Below, one piece after another: positions 54,387 through 62,952 of a DNA stretch of 64,000 nt. The position numbers and the translations under genes were made by a program. Location of the stretch: the IMG/VR virus record IMGVR_UViG_3300043423_000073, positions 32,001 to 96,000 of that record; one strand, written 5' to 3'. Under the pieces are notes generated by a model. The model worked only from the letters and a program-made list of their open reading frames with translations, had not been told where the DNA came from and ran no database searches. Numbering within the stretch: the first letter of the stretch is position 1; each line of letters opens with the position of its first letter. This stretch comes from a virus. Its lineage: Duplodnaviria; Caudoviricetes.

Positions 54387-54889
54387 TTTATCGTTGGAAA
54401 CATCAAAACTGGGTCATGCACGTGCTCGGATTCGTTCAAGGGTTCGGCGAACTCGCCGACAGCATAGTAACCATCTGCTCGCTGGGTTTCTACGGCAGCT
54501 CCTTTGAGATGCGCTGCGCCAGGTACCGGGCAAAGCTTTACTTTGATCTGATGAAAGAGACCCGATCTAAGCTGACGCGAGTCAGTCCGCAGGCAGCGCA
54601 CACAGCAGCTACTGGCGTCACCGCTGCCTCTGCAGATGCTGCCACCCCTCAGCTGAAACTTAAGCACGGCAAAACATACGTTGACCGCAACGGAGATAAG
54701 GTAACTGTGCATCTCTTCGCTGGAGACGAACACAGATATCATTATCATTATCCGTTTGTCGACCGCGCAACTGGCGAGACCTTCTCGCCCCGAGGCGCCT
54801 GGCAACTAGGCCGCCCTAGTGGACTAGACTTGGTGTCACTGGTCGAAGACCCGCCTGTCACCAATCCTTCGCAAGGAGAAACAAAATGA
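54383..54889 (+). CDS. hypothetical protein with C-terminal LxxGKTY...DLVS domain
   Basis: C-terminus nearly identical to the 53626 ORF. Confidence 0.8.
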   Translation: MIYRWKHQNWVMHVLGFVQGFGELADSIVTICSLGFYGSSFEMRCARYRAKLYFDLMKETRSKLTRVSPQAAHTAATGVTAASADAATPQLKLKHGKTYVDRNGDKVTVHLFAGDEHRYHYHYPFVDRATGETFSPRGAWQLGRPSGLDLVSLVEDPPVTNPSQGETK

Positions 54890-56712
54890 AACTCGACAGC
54901 CTCAAAAGCAAATACACGAAGGCCAAGCTTGCCTACTACACTGCCTCCCCCATTCTGACAGACACTGAGTTCGACGCGCTTGAAGACCAACTTCGCAAGC
55001 TCGACCCTAAGTGGCCTGAGCTGACTAAGACTGGCGTCAAGCTAGGCAAGAAGGTTGAGGTCGCGCTGGCAGCCCCTATGCCTTCGCTCAACAAGGTCTA
55101 CCCAGAAGACTTGCCTAAGTGGCTTGCAAAGAACAAGACCGACACCTACGTGGTGATGGAGAAGCTGGACGGCAGCAGCGTCCAACTCACCTACACCGCC
55201 GGAAAGCCCACCAAGCTGGTTACACGTGGCGATGGCAGCAAAGGCAAGGACATTAGCTTCCTCCTTCCCTACCTGCGCTTACCTACCACAAAGGCCGCAC
55301 CCAAAGGCACTGCGGTATTTCGTTGTGAAGCCGTCATGGAGAAGCGTGTCTTTGAAAAGAAGTGGTCGGACGAGTTTGAGAACAGCCGTAACCTTGTTAA
55401 CGGGCTTCTCAATCGCCAAGACGCGCACCCTGCACTGAAAGATGTTCACCTCGTTGTGCTTGGCCGATACGGCACTCCGTTGCTTGAAGGCCTGTCTCAG
55501 GCCACCTTGGCCGGCCTCCGCACTGTGGAGGCGGTTTCTGTTCATCCACACAAAATCACAGCCTCTCTTCTCGCCAACATGCGTAAGTCGTCACCCTACG
55601 ACATGGACGGCCTAGTCGTTGCGCCTTCTAACTTTTTGTTGGACTACAAGAACAATGACAAGCCAAAGAACAGTGTTGCGTTCAAGGTTAACGACGAGGT
55701 GAACGCCGCGGAAGCCACAGTCAAGCGCATCATTTGGCAAGTGACCGGTCGAGGACGCATTGTTCCCAAGATCGAGATTGAGCCGACTCGAATTGACGGC
55801 GTGACGGTGAAGCATGCGGCTGCGCATAACGCAGACTGGATGCTTGAGCGCAAGCTGGGGCCAGGCGCGGTAGTGAAACTACTCCGCAGCGGCGGTGTCA
55901 TCCCCAAGATTGTCGCAGTGGTCAAGCCTGGCAAGTTTCAGCCCCCGAGCATTCCCTACGCCAAAGACGGTTGCCACTTTGTCGTTGCGCGGGCTAGTGC
56001 GGCAACAGACAAACGCATCGACGTGCTGAATGTGGTAAAGTTTATGAAGACGCTGGGCGTCGAATTGATAGCGACAAGCACCGCAGCCAATCTTTGGGAC
56101 GCAGGCCTTGCAACGCCGACTTCATACATTGTCGCCTTTGGTAACGATACTCTCAAGGAACCTATCCTTAGTGTTTACCCAGGACGTCAAGGTGAAAAGA
56201 TTTATGACGAGTTGACCCGCGTCCTCGGTAGCACTATCAGCCTTAAAAAGCTTATTGCCGCCTCGCAGGTGTTTGGCGTCGGTATCGGTGAGCGCAAGCT
56301 CGAACAGATCGAAGCGTCAGGTCAGGCACTCAAGGGCATTTTTACCGAGAACAAGGCTTTGCCTGACTTTGGTGTGGTGCCGGGTTTCAGCACCAAGACA
56401 CTCCTAGTCCTCAAGAAGGGCTACCCAGAGTGGGCCAAGTTTTACAAGATTGCCGCTCGTTACCTAACCATTAACGGCAGTCTTCCGAAGCGAAAGGTGA
56501 GCACGGGCGGCAAGCTTGCAGGCCTTAAAATCTCATTCACTGGCTACCGAGACAAGGCGCAGGAAGAATGGATTACTGCCAACGGTGGCGAGATTGTGCC
56601 CTTTGGCAAAAGTACCACCGTCCTCCTCTACAAAGACGGGGGCAAGGCGAGTAGCAAAATCGACAAGGCTGCCGATAAGGGCGTGCGCGTCTGCGTCTTC
56701 CAAGACCTGTGA
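54886..56712 (+). CDS. ligA: NAD-dependent DNA ligase
   Basis: YY...TDTEFD (domain Ia), EKLDG, TRGDG, DGLVV, AFK, RSGGVIPKI, C-terminal BRCT (FTG). Confidence 0.95.
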   Translation: MKLDSLKSKYTKAKLAYYTASPILTDTEFDALEDQLRKLDPKWPELTKTGVKLGKKVEVALAAPMPSLNKVYPEDLPKWLAKNKTDTYVVMEKLDGSSVQLTYTAGKPTKLVTRGDGSKGKDISFLLPYLRLPTTKAAPKGTAVFRCEAVMEKRVFEKKWSDEFENSRNLVNGLLNRQDAHPALKDVHLVVLGRYGTPLLEGLSQATLAGLRTVEAVSVHPHKITASLLANMRKSSPYDMDGLVVAPSNFLLDYKNNDKPKNSVAFKVNDEVNAAEATVKRIIWQVTGRGRIVPKIEIEPTRIDGVTVKHAAAHNADWMLERKLGPGAVVKLLRSGGVIPKIVAVVKPGKFQPPSIPYAKDGCHFVVARASAATDKRIDVLNVVKFMKTLGVELIATSTAANLWDAGLATPTSYIVAFGNDTLKEPILSVYPGRQGEKIYDELTRVLGSTISLKKLIAASQVFGVGIGERKLEQIEASGQALKGIFTENKALPDFGVVPGFSTKTLLVLKKGYPEWAKFYKIAARYLTINGSLPKRKVSTGGKLAGLKISFTGYRDKAQEEWITANGGEIVPFGKSTTVLLYKDGGKASSKIDKAADKGVRVCVFQDL

Positions 56713-56828
56713 CGACAAGGTTCCTCCCCCGCACGGTGTTCTAGGCTTTCTGCCGTTCTGTCGACTGTTGAGGTCGGCTAGGCCATCTTGGAAAAGCAAC
56801 TCCTCATCTACCTTAAAGGATTACTTTC

Positions 56829-57185
56829 ATGTTTCAACTAACAGCACCACAACCTCAAAACAAATCGCAGGCTTTCGCCTGTCTTGAACTGACGCGTGCG
56901 AGGGCTGATGCGGCACTTGCTCAAGAAGCCTTTACCGCAACACACTCAGCTATTGTTGCCGTTAAAGCTGCCGCGGCTTTCCACCGCAAAACCTACCACA
57001 CGAAGCACATACCAAAGCCGTTTCAAGAAGCTCTTGACTGTCTTGACCTGCAGCTAACAGGCAACAGGGCTGCCTTAGACAGAGCACAAAGTGAGATACT
57101 TTCTATAGTTGATCATGATGTCAGCTACTTGCCTGAAGCACGGTTTGGCGAACTGTGTAAGGAGCAGTCTAATCCGATGGATTAG
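56829..57185 (+). CDS. hypothetical protein (possibly truncated)
   Basis: 118 aa, RBS AAGGA. Confidence 0.6.
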   Translation: MFQLTAPQPQNKSQAFACLELTRARADAALAQEAFTATHSAIVAVKAAAAFHRKTYHTKHIPKPFQEALDCLDLQLTGNRAALDRAQSEILSIVDHDVSYLPEARFGELCKEQSNPMD

Positions 57186-57455
57186 CCTGCTGGTCCGTGT
57201 AATCCAGCTTTTCGTGTACTTGACGACCTCAAGTTGAACTTCCATGTGTTCTGCACTGAATGACTAGACAACCCCAGCAAGGTGGTTGCTACCGGCTTTG
57301 TAGTTCACGCTTCAGGACCAGAAGCTGGTGCGAGGCTATTTTGACACTAGGCCTTTATTGTGGACTTGCCCGAGCCTTGTGCTCAGAGACTGGTCTCTCT
57401 CAGTCTACACCTGTTTCAGGATAAGGTCATGACATTCACTCAACTGGAGAAGTAA
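57186..57455 (+). pseudogene. possible decayed 3' part of the 56829 gene
   Basis: The same frame continues past TAG through TGA, TGA, TAG to a TAA abutting the next ATG. Confidence 0.35.
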
Positions 57456-57456
57456 C

Positions 57457-57687
57457 ATGCAACTCGAAGATGGCAAAACTTACGTCACTGGTTATGGCGA
57501 GAAGGTAACCGTGAGACGAAGACACCTCACCGTTTGGGGCGACCCGCGCTATCCTTTTATTAGCGACTCGGGTGCCACTTACACTGAAAGCGGCGACCGC
57601 CTTATCGCAATGCCCTCAAGGATGGACTTGGTTTCACTGTGGGAAGACCCTGCAACAGATAAGCCAACACAAGGAGAAACAAAATGA
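57457..57687 (+). CDS. stand-alone LxxGKTY...DLVS domain protein
   Basis: MQLEDGKTY...YPF...TYTESG...DLVS...QGETK. Confidence 0.8.
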   Translation: MQLEDGKTYVTGYGEKVTVRRRHLTVWGDPRYPFISDSGATYTESGDRLIAMPSRMDLVSLWEDPATDKPTQGETK

Positions 57688-57920
57688 AACTTGAGCATGG
57701 CAAAACCTACCTCAACGGCTACGGGCAGCAGATCCAGGTTTTTCAAATTCATGAACCGGATTCTCCATACCGTTTTACCGACGGTACCTGGACCTACACC
57801 GAAGACGGTGCGTGGTGTCAACGCCCTACTCGCTGGGACTTGGTGTCAGAGGCACCAATGCAAGGTCGCACGGACCCGGTTAGTCCACAAACTCAGACTT
57901 TGCTTGACCTCAGCGTATGA
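57684..57920 (+). CDS. stand-alone LxxGKTY...DLVS domain protein
   Basis: MKLEHGKTY...TYTEDG...DLVS. Confidence 0.8.
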   Translation: MKLEHGKTYLNGYGQQIQVFQIHEPDSPYRFTDGTWTYTEDGAWCQRPTRWDLVSEAPMQGRTDPVSPQTQTLLDLSV

Positions 57921-58249
57921 CTGACGAAACCTCGCCTTGGTACAAAGGCGTTTTGCGACACAGCTTCGGCAGTGCGCAGACCGGCCACCCTGTGGCCTAC
58001 AAGTTTCTTGGTACCACCCGCTACGGCCCAACCTGGGCCCTAAAGTTTAAGGGTGCCAAGGGATTCAATCAGGTCACGCAAGAGTACGCAGGTAAAAACT
58101 GCATGGGTCTTTTGTTAGGCAAGGTACTCCTAAATGACGCCTCCCAAAAGCTTGGTGATAGGCGCCTCACGCAGTGGCTTGCCGCGCATAACGCGCTCAA
58201 GGCTGACAAAACTACTAAGCCCTCTCGAAAAACACGTAAAAACCCCTAA
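57917..58249 (+). CDS. hypothetical protein
   Basis: 110 aa, ATGA-coupled. Confidence 0.7.
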   Translation: MTDETSPWYKGVLRHSFGSAQTGHPVAYKFLGTTRYGPTWALKFKGAKGFNQVTQEYAGKNCMGLLLGKVLLNDASQKLGDRRLTQWLAAHNALKADKTTKPSRKTRKNP

Positions 58250-58368
58250 AAATCGGTGTTTTTTTCGCTTAAAAGGGCTTAAAACACCCGAAAAATGCAG
58301 AAATTAGCGTTTTAAGTAGGTTTTTCGTGTATAATTAAGTTACCGGGAGGTAGGAATACCTATGCCTG
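58225..58368 (+). promoter_or_regulatory. putative early promoter, copy 2
   Basis: AACCCCTAAAAATCGGTGTTTTT; GTAGGTTTTTCGTGTATAAT (58316-58335); GTAGGAATACCTATGCCTG; same blocks as copy 1. Confidence 0.75.
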
Positions 58369-58433
58369 TAATTGTTATCCCTTCCCTGACCCCTTCCCCG
58401 ACCCTCAACCAAACCTCACACAAGGAGATTGAA

Positions 58434-58859
58434 ATGTTAAAGACCATGCCTGGCTACGCCTACCACGCAGATGGATTCGAAGTGCGCATCCGCATCAGTC
58501 AAAAGCGCATCACTGAGTTCCGCAAGTCATTGCGTGGACGCAACTTTGAAAAGATGCTCGACATTCTCGATCAAGGCCACGGTTGGTGGCAGGTCACTGT
58601 TCGTGGTGACGGTACCTGCCCTGTTACGCGTCTCCCTGGTATCTTTAGCCGGGCCCACCTAAATTGGTTAGCTGAGCTTAATCAGCAAACGCTTACCGCG
58701 GTTAACGAGCAGTCCGCAGCCAACAAGGTTGTGGTGCTCAAGTCGAATGCCTTACGCGAGTTGCGGCTCTTGCCTGCATCGCAGCAAGTGCTGGCACCGA
58801 AGAGCCCACCGCAGTTAAGTGAGAACAAGCTTGCCATGTTGCAAGCACGGTTTCGTTAA
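58434..58859 (+). CDS. hypothetical early protein
   Basis: Start moved to ATG 58434 after the repeated RBS. Confidence 0.75.
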   Translation: MLKTMPGYAYHADGFEVRIRISQKRITEFRKSLRGRNFEKMLDILDQGHGWWQVTVRGDGTCPVTRLPGIFSRAHLNWLAELNQQTLTAVNEQSAANKVVVLKSNALRELRLLPASQQVLAPKSPPQLSENKLAMLQARFR

Positions 58860-58924
58860 CTTTTCCTGTTCCCTCGTAAATCAATCCAATCCGATCCAAC
58901 CTAACCTCACACAAGGCCCATCAA

Positions 58925-59335
58925 GTGATACACCTCACTCCACAAAATTGCCACAAGCAAAACGCCCTCTGCAACATTTTGCGTGAGAAGCTCAAGTTCA
59001 ATGAGTTTGCGCTCATTGCCGCCGACCTCAGCTTGGACGAGGTAAACGCCCTTTTGGCTTTACCAGAAGTTGACACGCCATGTCGTATACGTCGCGCACG
59101 CAATCGCTCAGGCTCTGCCTTTGACCAGCAGTCTGAGCCGGGCTTGGTCGCAGGCTTCATGCGTTCCAGTGACACAAGTATCAAGGTGCTCGTTATCTAC
59201 ACTGAGCGCTACGACGAAGAGGACGCCACAGGCCGACAGTGGGGCTTTGTTGACGTGGTGCAGGTAGGCCACCACCCAGCTTGCAAGACAAAGCCTGCGC
59301 CTAAAAGCAAAGCAGCAGCTACGCGCAAAATTTAA
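58925..59335 (+). CDS. hypothetical early protein
   Basis: 136 aa, GTG start after a variant leader repeat. Confidence 0.65.
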   Translation: MIHLTPQNCHKQNALCNILREKLKFNEFALIAADLSLDEVNALLALPEVDTPCRIRRARNRSGSAFDQQSEPGLVAGFMRSSDTSIKVLVIYTERYDEEDATGRQWGFVDVVQVGHHPACKTKPAPKSKAAATRKI

Positions 59336-59360
59336 CCAAACCTCACACAAGGAGATCGAA

Positions 59361-60008
59361 ATGAAAAAGTACACACAGGAAGAATTTGATGCACTGCCGG
59401 TAGTTGACGGCGGCAAAACTTGTCCGACCGGCGACTACTCGGCAATTTCAAAATTCCCATATCGTTGCCACTTCGGCGAGCAGTGCCGCTTCGGAATGCA
59501 ATGCAGCTTCGGAATGCAATGCAGCTTCGGAGAGCGGGCAAGCTTCGGAGAGCGGGCAAGCTTCGGAGAGCGGGCAAGCTTCGGAATGCAATGCCGCTTC
59601 GGAGAGCGGGCAAGCTTCAGCAAGGGATGCCGCTTCGGAATGCAATGCAGCTTCGGAGAGTGGACAAGCTTCGGAATGCAATGCAGCTTCGGCGAGAGGG
59701 CAAGCTTCGGAATGCAATGCGGCTTCGGAGCGTGGTGCAGTTTTGAGGGCCATGCAGCCAAGCCATGCACCCGCCTCCCCGTAATGAGCATTGGCGGGGC
59801 AGGTGCACTCGGACGCACAACGTATTTTTTCAACACCGAAGACGGCATCATTGTCCGATCGGGGTGTTTTAAAGGCACACTGGCAGAATTTCGCGCAAAA
59901 GTTTTGGCCGACGTTCGTGGCGACAAAACCAAAATCAAAGCGCTGCAATATCTCGGTTTTGCAAACATCGTCGCCGCGACGTGGTTGCCCGAGCAGGTAG
60001 AAGTATGA
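59361..60008 (+). CDS. six-residue-repeat (beta-solenoid) protein
   Basis: About 15 tandem 18-bp units (CSFGMQ/ASFGER); C-terminal GCFKGTLAEF domain. Confidence 0.85.
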   Translation: MKKYTQEEFDALPVVDGGKTCPTGDYSAISKFPYRCHFGEQCRFGMQCSFGMQCSFGERASFGERASFGERASFGMQCRFGERASFSKGCRFGMQCSFGEWTSFGMQCSFGERASFGMQCGFGAWCSFEGHAAKPCTRLPVMSIGGAGALGRTTYFFNTEDGIIVRSGCFKGTLAEFRAKVLADVRGDKTKIKALQYLGFANIVAATWLPEQVEV

Positions 60009-60054
60009 CATTTCTCTGTCAAATCCCAACCAAACCTCACACAAGGAGATTGAA

Positions 60055-60351
60055 ATGAAAAAGTACGAACTCGTAAAAACAGATGCGATCGAGGTAAGAG
60101 ATAAGACGCTTTATCGCATTCGCGCCCTGCAAAGCTTTGCTACCATAGCGGCCGGTGAGCTCGGTGGCTACATTCAAGGCGAAGCGAACCTTTCGCATGA
60201 AGGTAACGCCTGGGTATTTGACGATGCCTTGGTTTACGGCAAAGCACACCTCTCCGGCAACGTCCAAATCTTCGACACGGTTAGGGTTTACGGTAAGGCC
60301 GCGCTCTCCGGCAACTTACGTATCTTCGGTGAGGCCGAAGTCTTCGTCTGA
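60055..60351 (+). CDS. hexapeptide-repeat (left-handed beta-helix-like) protein
   Basis: MKKYEL...LYRIRAL...GELGGYI...NLSHEGNAWV followed by VYGKA/LSGN repeats. Confidence 0.85.
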   Translation: MKKYELVKTDAIEVRDKTLYRIRALQSFATIAAGELGGYIQGEANLSHEGNAWVFDDALVYGKAHLSGNVQIFDTVRVYGKAALSGNLRIFGEAEVFV

Positions 60352-60416
60352 ACCTGCATGGTTAGCACCATTAAAATAACCCAAATCCCAACCAAACCTC
60401 ACACAAGGAGTATTCC

Positions 60417-60974
60417 ATGTCTCTCACGCTCAAAGCTGCCACTCGCTTCCTCAAGATGAATTGTGGCCTCCGCAGCTTCACGCAGATTCCCAACGCCCGA
60501 GAAGGCAACCTGTGCTTCAAGGCCGAAATCACACCGCTCTTTATTGAGTCGGTTTCTACCTACCAGCTTATCGCGCATGACCCGCATCGTGACCTCGTGG
60601 TTTACGTTGACACTGCCTCCGACATTGCAATTCGTATTGCAGCGACGGGCCGCATCGTCTTATGCAGCGCCGCCAAGCACGCACACCGCATGGTCAAGGC
60701 GACGGACGCAAGCAAGTTGCGCTTGCTGGCCAAAGCCCTCGCTCCTCGTGAGGCTTCGGTTACCCAGAAGAAGGCCAAAGGCACGGCTGCCACCTATCAA
60801 GCCAAGGAGTTCTTTCAGCGAGGTATCGCCGCCTACCGCGCCGCTGCCAAGGCGCGTGGTTACAAGGTGGTCAAGTCGCCCACAGGCCTCCTTGAAGCCT
60901 TTGGCGCGGAAGACGGTAAGCTGCGTGGACGTTACGATCACGCAAAAGAGAAGAACGCAGGTTGGTTGAAATGA
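60417..60974 (+). CDS. hypothetical basic protein
   Basis: 185 aa after the repeated RBS. Confidence 0.8.
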   Translation: MSLTLKAATRFLKMNCGLRSFTQIPNAREGNLCFKAEITPLFIESVSTYQLIAHDPHRDLVVYVDTASDIAIRIAATGRIVLCSAAKHAHRMVKATDASKLRLLAKALAPREASVTQKKAKGTAATYQAKEFFQRGIAAYRAAAKARGYKVVKSPTGLLEAFGAEDGKLRGRYDHAKEKNAGWLK

Positions 60975-61297
60975 AAAGAAAGAAAAGCGCAAAAGATTTA
61001 AAGCTTGCAGAAGAAGAACGCAGACTTCTCGAAAAGTGGGAAAAGCTGCCCAAGTTTGCTTTTCGCCAGCATCACGAAAAACCGTCAAAAACGCTTGAAT
61101 ATCGCCTCGGCTCTCCGCCTGGGCGTGCGTTGGCGGAGCAGCCTTCTTTGGCTACGCCCGGTGGTTCTACATCTACTGTAAATAATATGAGATACACAGG
61201 AAACAATGTACTTGGTGTTTGCGTAATGCACAAATCAAGTCTTGTCCCCGTCTTCTCAGCAGAAGATGCAACCGACATAGCAAGAATGCGCCGATGA
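60971..61297 (+). CDS. conserved phage hypothetical protein
   Basis: YTG...MHKS..VPVF...IARMRR C-terminus recalled from large myoviruses; start ATG 60971. Confidence 0.75.
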   Translation: MKRKKSAKDLKLAEEERRLLEKWEKLPKFAFRQHHEKPSKTLEYRLGSPPGRALAEQPSLATPGGSTSTVNNMRYTGNNVLGVCVMHKSSLVPVFSAEDATDIARMRR

Positions 61298-61623
61298 CTG
61301 AAAACAACACCCAAACCCACAATCAAGCTCAACCCCAAGGCAATCGCAAAGTCAAGCAACACTTCAAAACCCCTGACCTTACCGTAGGCGAGCTTCTTCA
61401 GTTCGACAGCACAATGGTGCATCAAATTCAAACCGGGCCGAAACTTTCATTCTTTCGGCCCGCGTTGCGAATGAACTCTGACCGACAGCTTGTCCCTAAC
61501 ACTGAACGTGTTGGCCACCTCATCTTTTTGGAAGACTATTTTGATGGAGCTAGCAGTTGTAGCATCACCGAACGCAGCGGGCGCGTCTCAAAAGCAAAAG
61601 TTGTTGCTTTACCGATCGCGTAA
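61294..61623 (+). CDS. hypothetical protein
   Basis: Start moved to ATG 61294 (ATGA overlap). Confidence 0.65.
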   Translation: MTENNTQTHNQAQPQGNRKVKQHFKTPDLTVGELLQFDSTMVHQIQTGPKLSFFRPALRMNSDRQLVPNTERVGHLIFLEDYFDGASSCSITERSGRVSKAKVVALPIA

Positions 61624-62203
61624 GGCCAAGCTTGCAGCCTCCAAAGAGGCGTGCGAAGAAGCCTTTAACCATTTTGCAATCACAGCGTTTCCCGAACTCA
61701 TAAAGGAGATTACCCAATTACGCACACACATTCGTAACATTACCAAGACCGGTGTACCTCGAACAGAGGCGCAGGAAGAAACGAACAGGGTTTCGCTAAA
61801 GGGCGAGCAACTAGCCTCTGCCGAAGCCGAACTGCTCGCCAAAGCTTGGCGGCAGGCGCGGTCAAGGCATCACCCTGATCGTGGCGGTTGCCCTTCGCTC
61901 TTCAACGAAGCCGTAAAGGCCTACAAAGACGGCAACTTGAAGCTTTTAACCGAGCTTGCTCTCTGGACGTCCTTGCCTGACGATTACTGGTCCACGCAGC
62001 TTGGCCTGATTCGGGTCGAAGAACAAAAGCTCGAGGCGTCGCCTATGTGGCGCATCTATCTGCAAATCGTTTCTTGCATGAGACAAGGCTCGCGGCCTAG
62101 TGCTGCTGTTTCTAGTCTTGTACAAGAGATTCTCTCTGAGGTTATCCTCAATCTTCAAACGGAGGCTATCAATGCCATTTCCCCACAAAAAACCGGCAGC
62201 TAA
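61544..62203 (+). CDS. J-domain (DnaJ-like) protein
   Basis: AWRQARSRHHPDRGG...FNEAVKAY (HPD motif). Confidence 0.75.
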   Translation: MELAVVASPNAAGASQKQKLLLYRSRKAKLAASKEACEEAFNHFAITAFPELIKEITQLRTHIRNITKTGVPRTEAQEETNRVSLKGEQLASAEAELLAKAWRQARSRHHPDRGGCPSLFNEAVKAYKDGNLKLLTELALWTSLPDDYWSTQLGLIRVEEQKLEASPMWRIYLQIVSCMRQGSRPSAAVSSLVQEILSEVILNLQTEAINAISPQKTGS

Positions 62204-62870
62204 ATCTGCCACCGCCACTGCCGCCCCAGCAGCCAAGAAGCCGCCAGTCGCTGCTCCAGCCAAGCGGGGTTTCCCTGCTCGCAAAACAGGCACTGCTGCT
62301 AAGCGTCCTGCCCGCAAGCCCTTGCCTACTTGGAAGGTGCCTGTTGACTTCAAGCCGCACTTTCTCCTCGTGACATTCCGCACAGAGGCAGACGGCCTTA
62401 TCGGCAGCCGCTTCAAAGCTGTTCGTTACGTTGGCCGCTTTGCGGAAGACGCTGACGACAAGAAGAAGTTTGACATCATGTCCTACGACCCGCAAACGCT
62501 TGCCGCGATTCAGGGCCGCATGAGCAGCACAATGTTCAAAGCGTCCAATGACAAAAAGTTTTCGGCAGCGCCGAAAGCGCGAGCAGGCGAAAAGGGCGGC
62601 ATGCGGTTGCCTGCCAAAACTGTTTTCTCGGCGCTCATCCGCGTTGGCAAAAAGACAGCAGAAGGCACATTGACCGCTCGTATCCCAGCCGTCTTCCAGC
62701 ACATCAAGAACGAAAAGACTGGCAAAGTCCGCATGACTCCTTTGGAGAAGACGGACCCGGCCTATCGTTTGATTCGTCGCGCTTCGCGCATTCTGCCTGG
62801 CGCCTTTGATCAGTGTTTGATGCCGCCGAAACGCACGCGCACTCGCTCATCGGACGCTGACGAAGAGTAA
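62172..62870 (+). CDS. basic hypothetical protein with histone-like PAKK N-terminus
   Basis: Start moved to ATG 62172 after GGAGG. Confidence 0.8.
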   Translation: MPFPHKKPAAKSATATAAPAAKKPPVAAPAKRGFPARKTGTAAKRPARKPLPTWKVPVDFKPHFLLVTFRTEADGLIGSRFKAVRYVGRFAEDADDKKKFDIMSYDPQTLAAIQGRMSSTMFKASNDKKFSAAPKARAGEKGGMRLPAKTVFSALIRVGKKTAEGTLTARIPAVFQHIKNEKTGKVRMTPLEKTDPAYRLIRRASRILPGAFDQCLMPPKRTRTRSSDADEE

Positions 62871-62952
62871 CTGTAAATAACCAGAGTAGGCAGGTTTGGT
62901 GCTCCTGTCAACTCTTTCCTTTCTGCACCGTTTTCATTTTCAAGGTTTTACT

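Larger units (their letters stand above)
53893..54889 (+). repeat. ~240-bp direct repeat encoding the shared C-terminal domain plus next-gene RBS
   Basis: 53893-54138 vs 54650-54889 are highly similar; copy 1 has a 21-bp tandem duplication at 53974-54015. Confidence 0.9.
53599..60410 (+). repeat. dispersed 21-nt leader/RBS repeat AACCAAACCTCACACAAGGAG
   Basis: Exact copies at 53599, 58407, 59334, 60028, 60390; variant at 58898; each precedes a start codon. Confidence 0.9.

Noticed and set aside
57183-57455. Stop-codon reassignment
   Set aside because: TAG and TGA both terminate many well-defined genes in the window
59463-59745. CRISPR array
   Set aside because: Contiguous in-frame 18-bp coding repeats without unique spacers; no cas genes
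53599-60410. Dispersed 21-nt repeats as CRISPR repeats or integron attC sites
   Set aside because: Spaced by whole genes, non-palindromic and ending in a Shine-Dalgarno sequence
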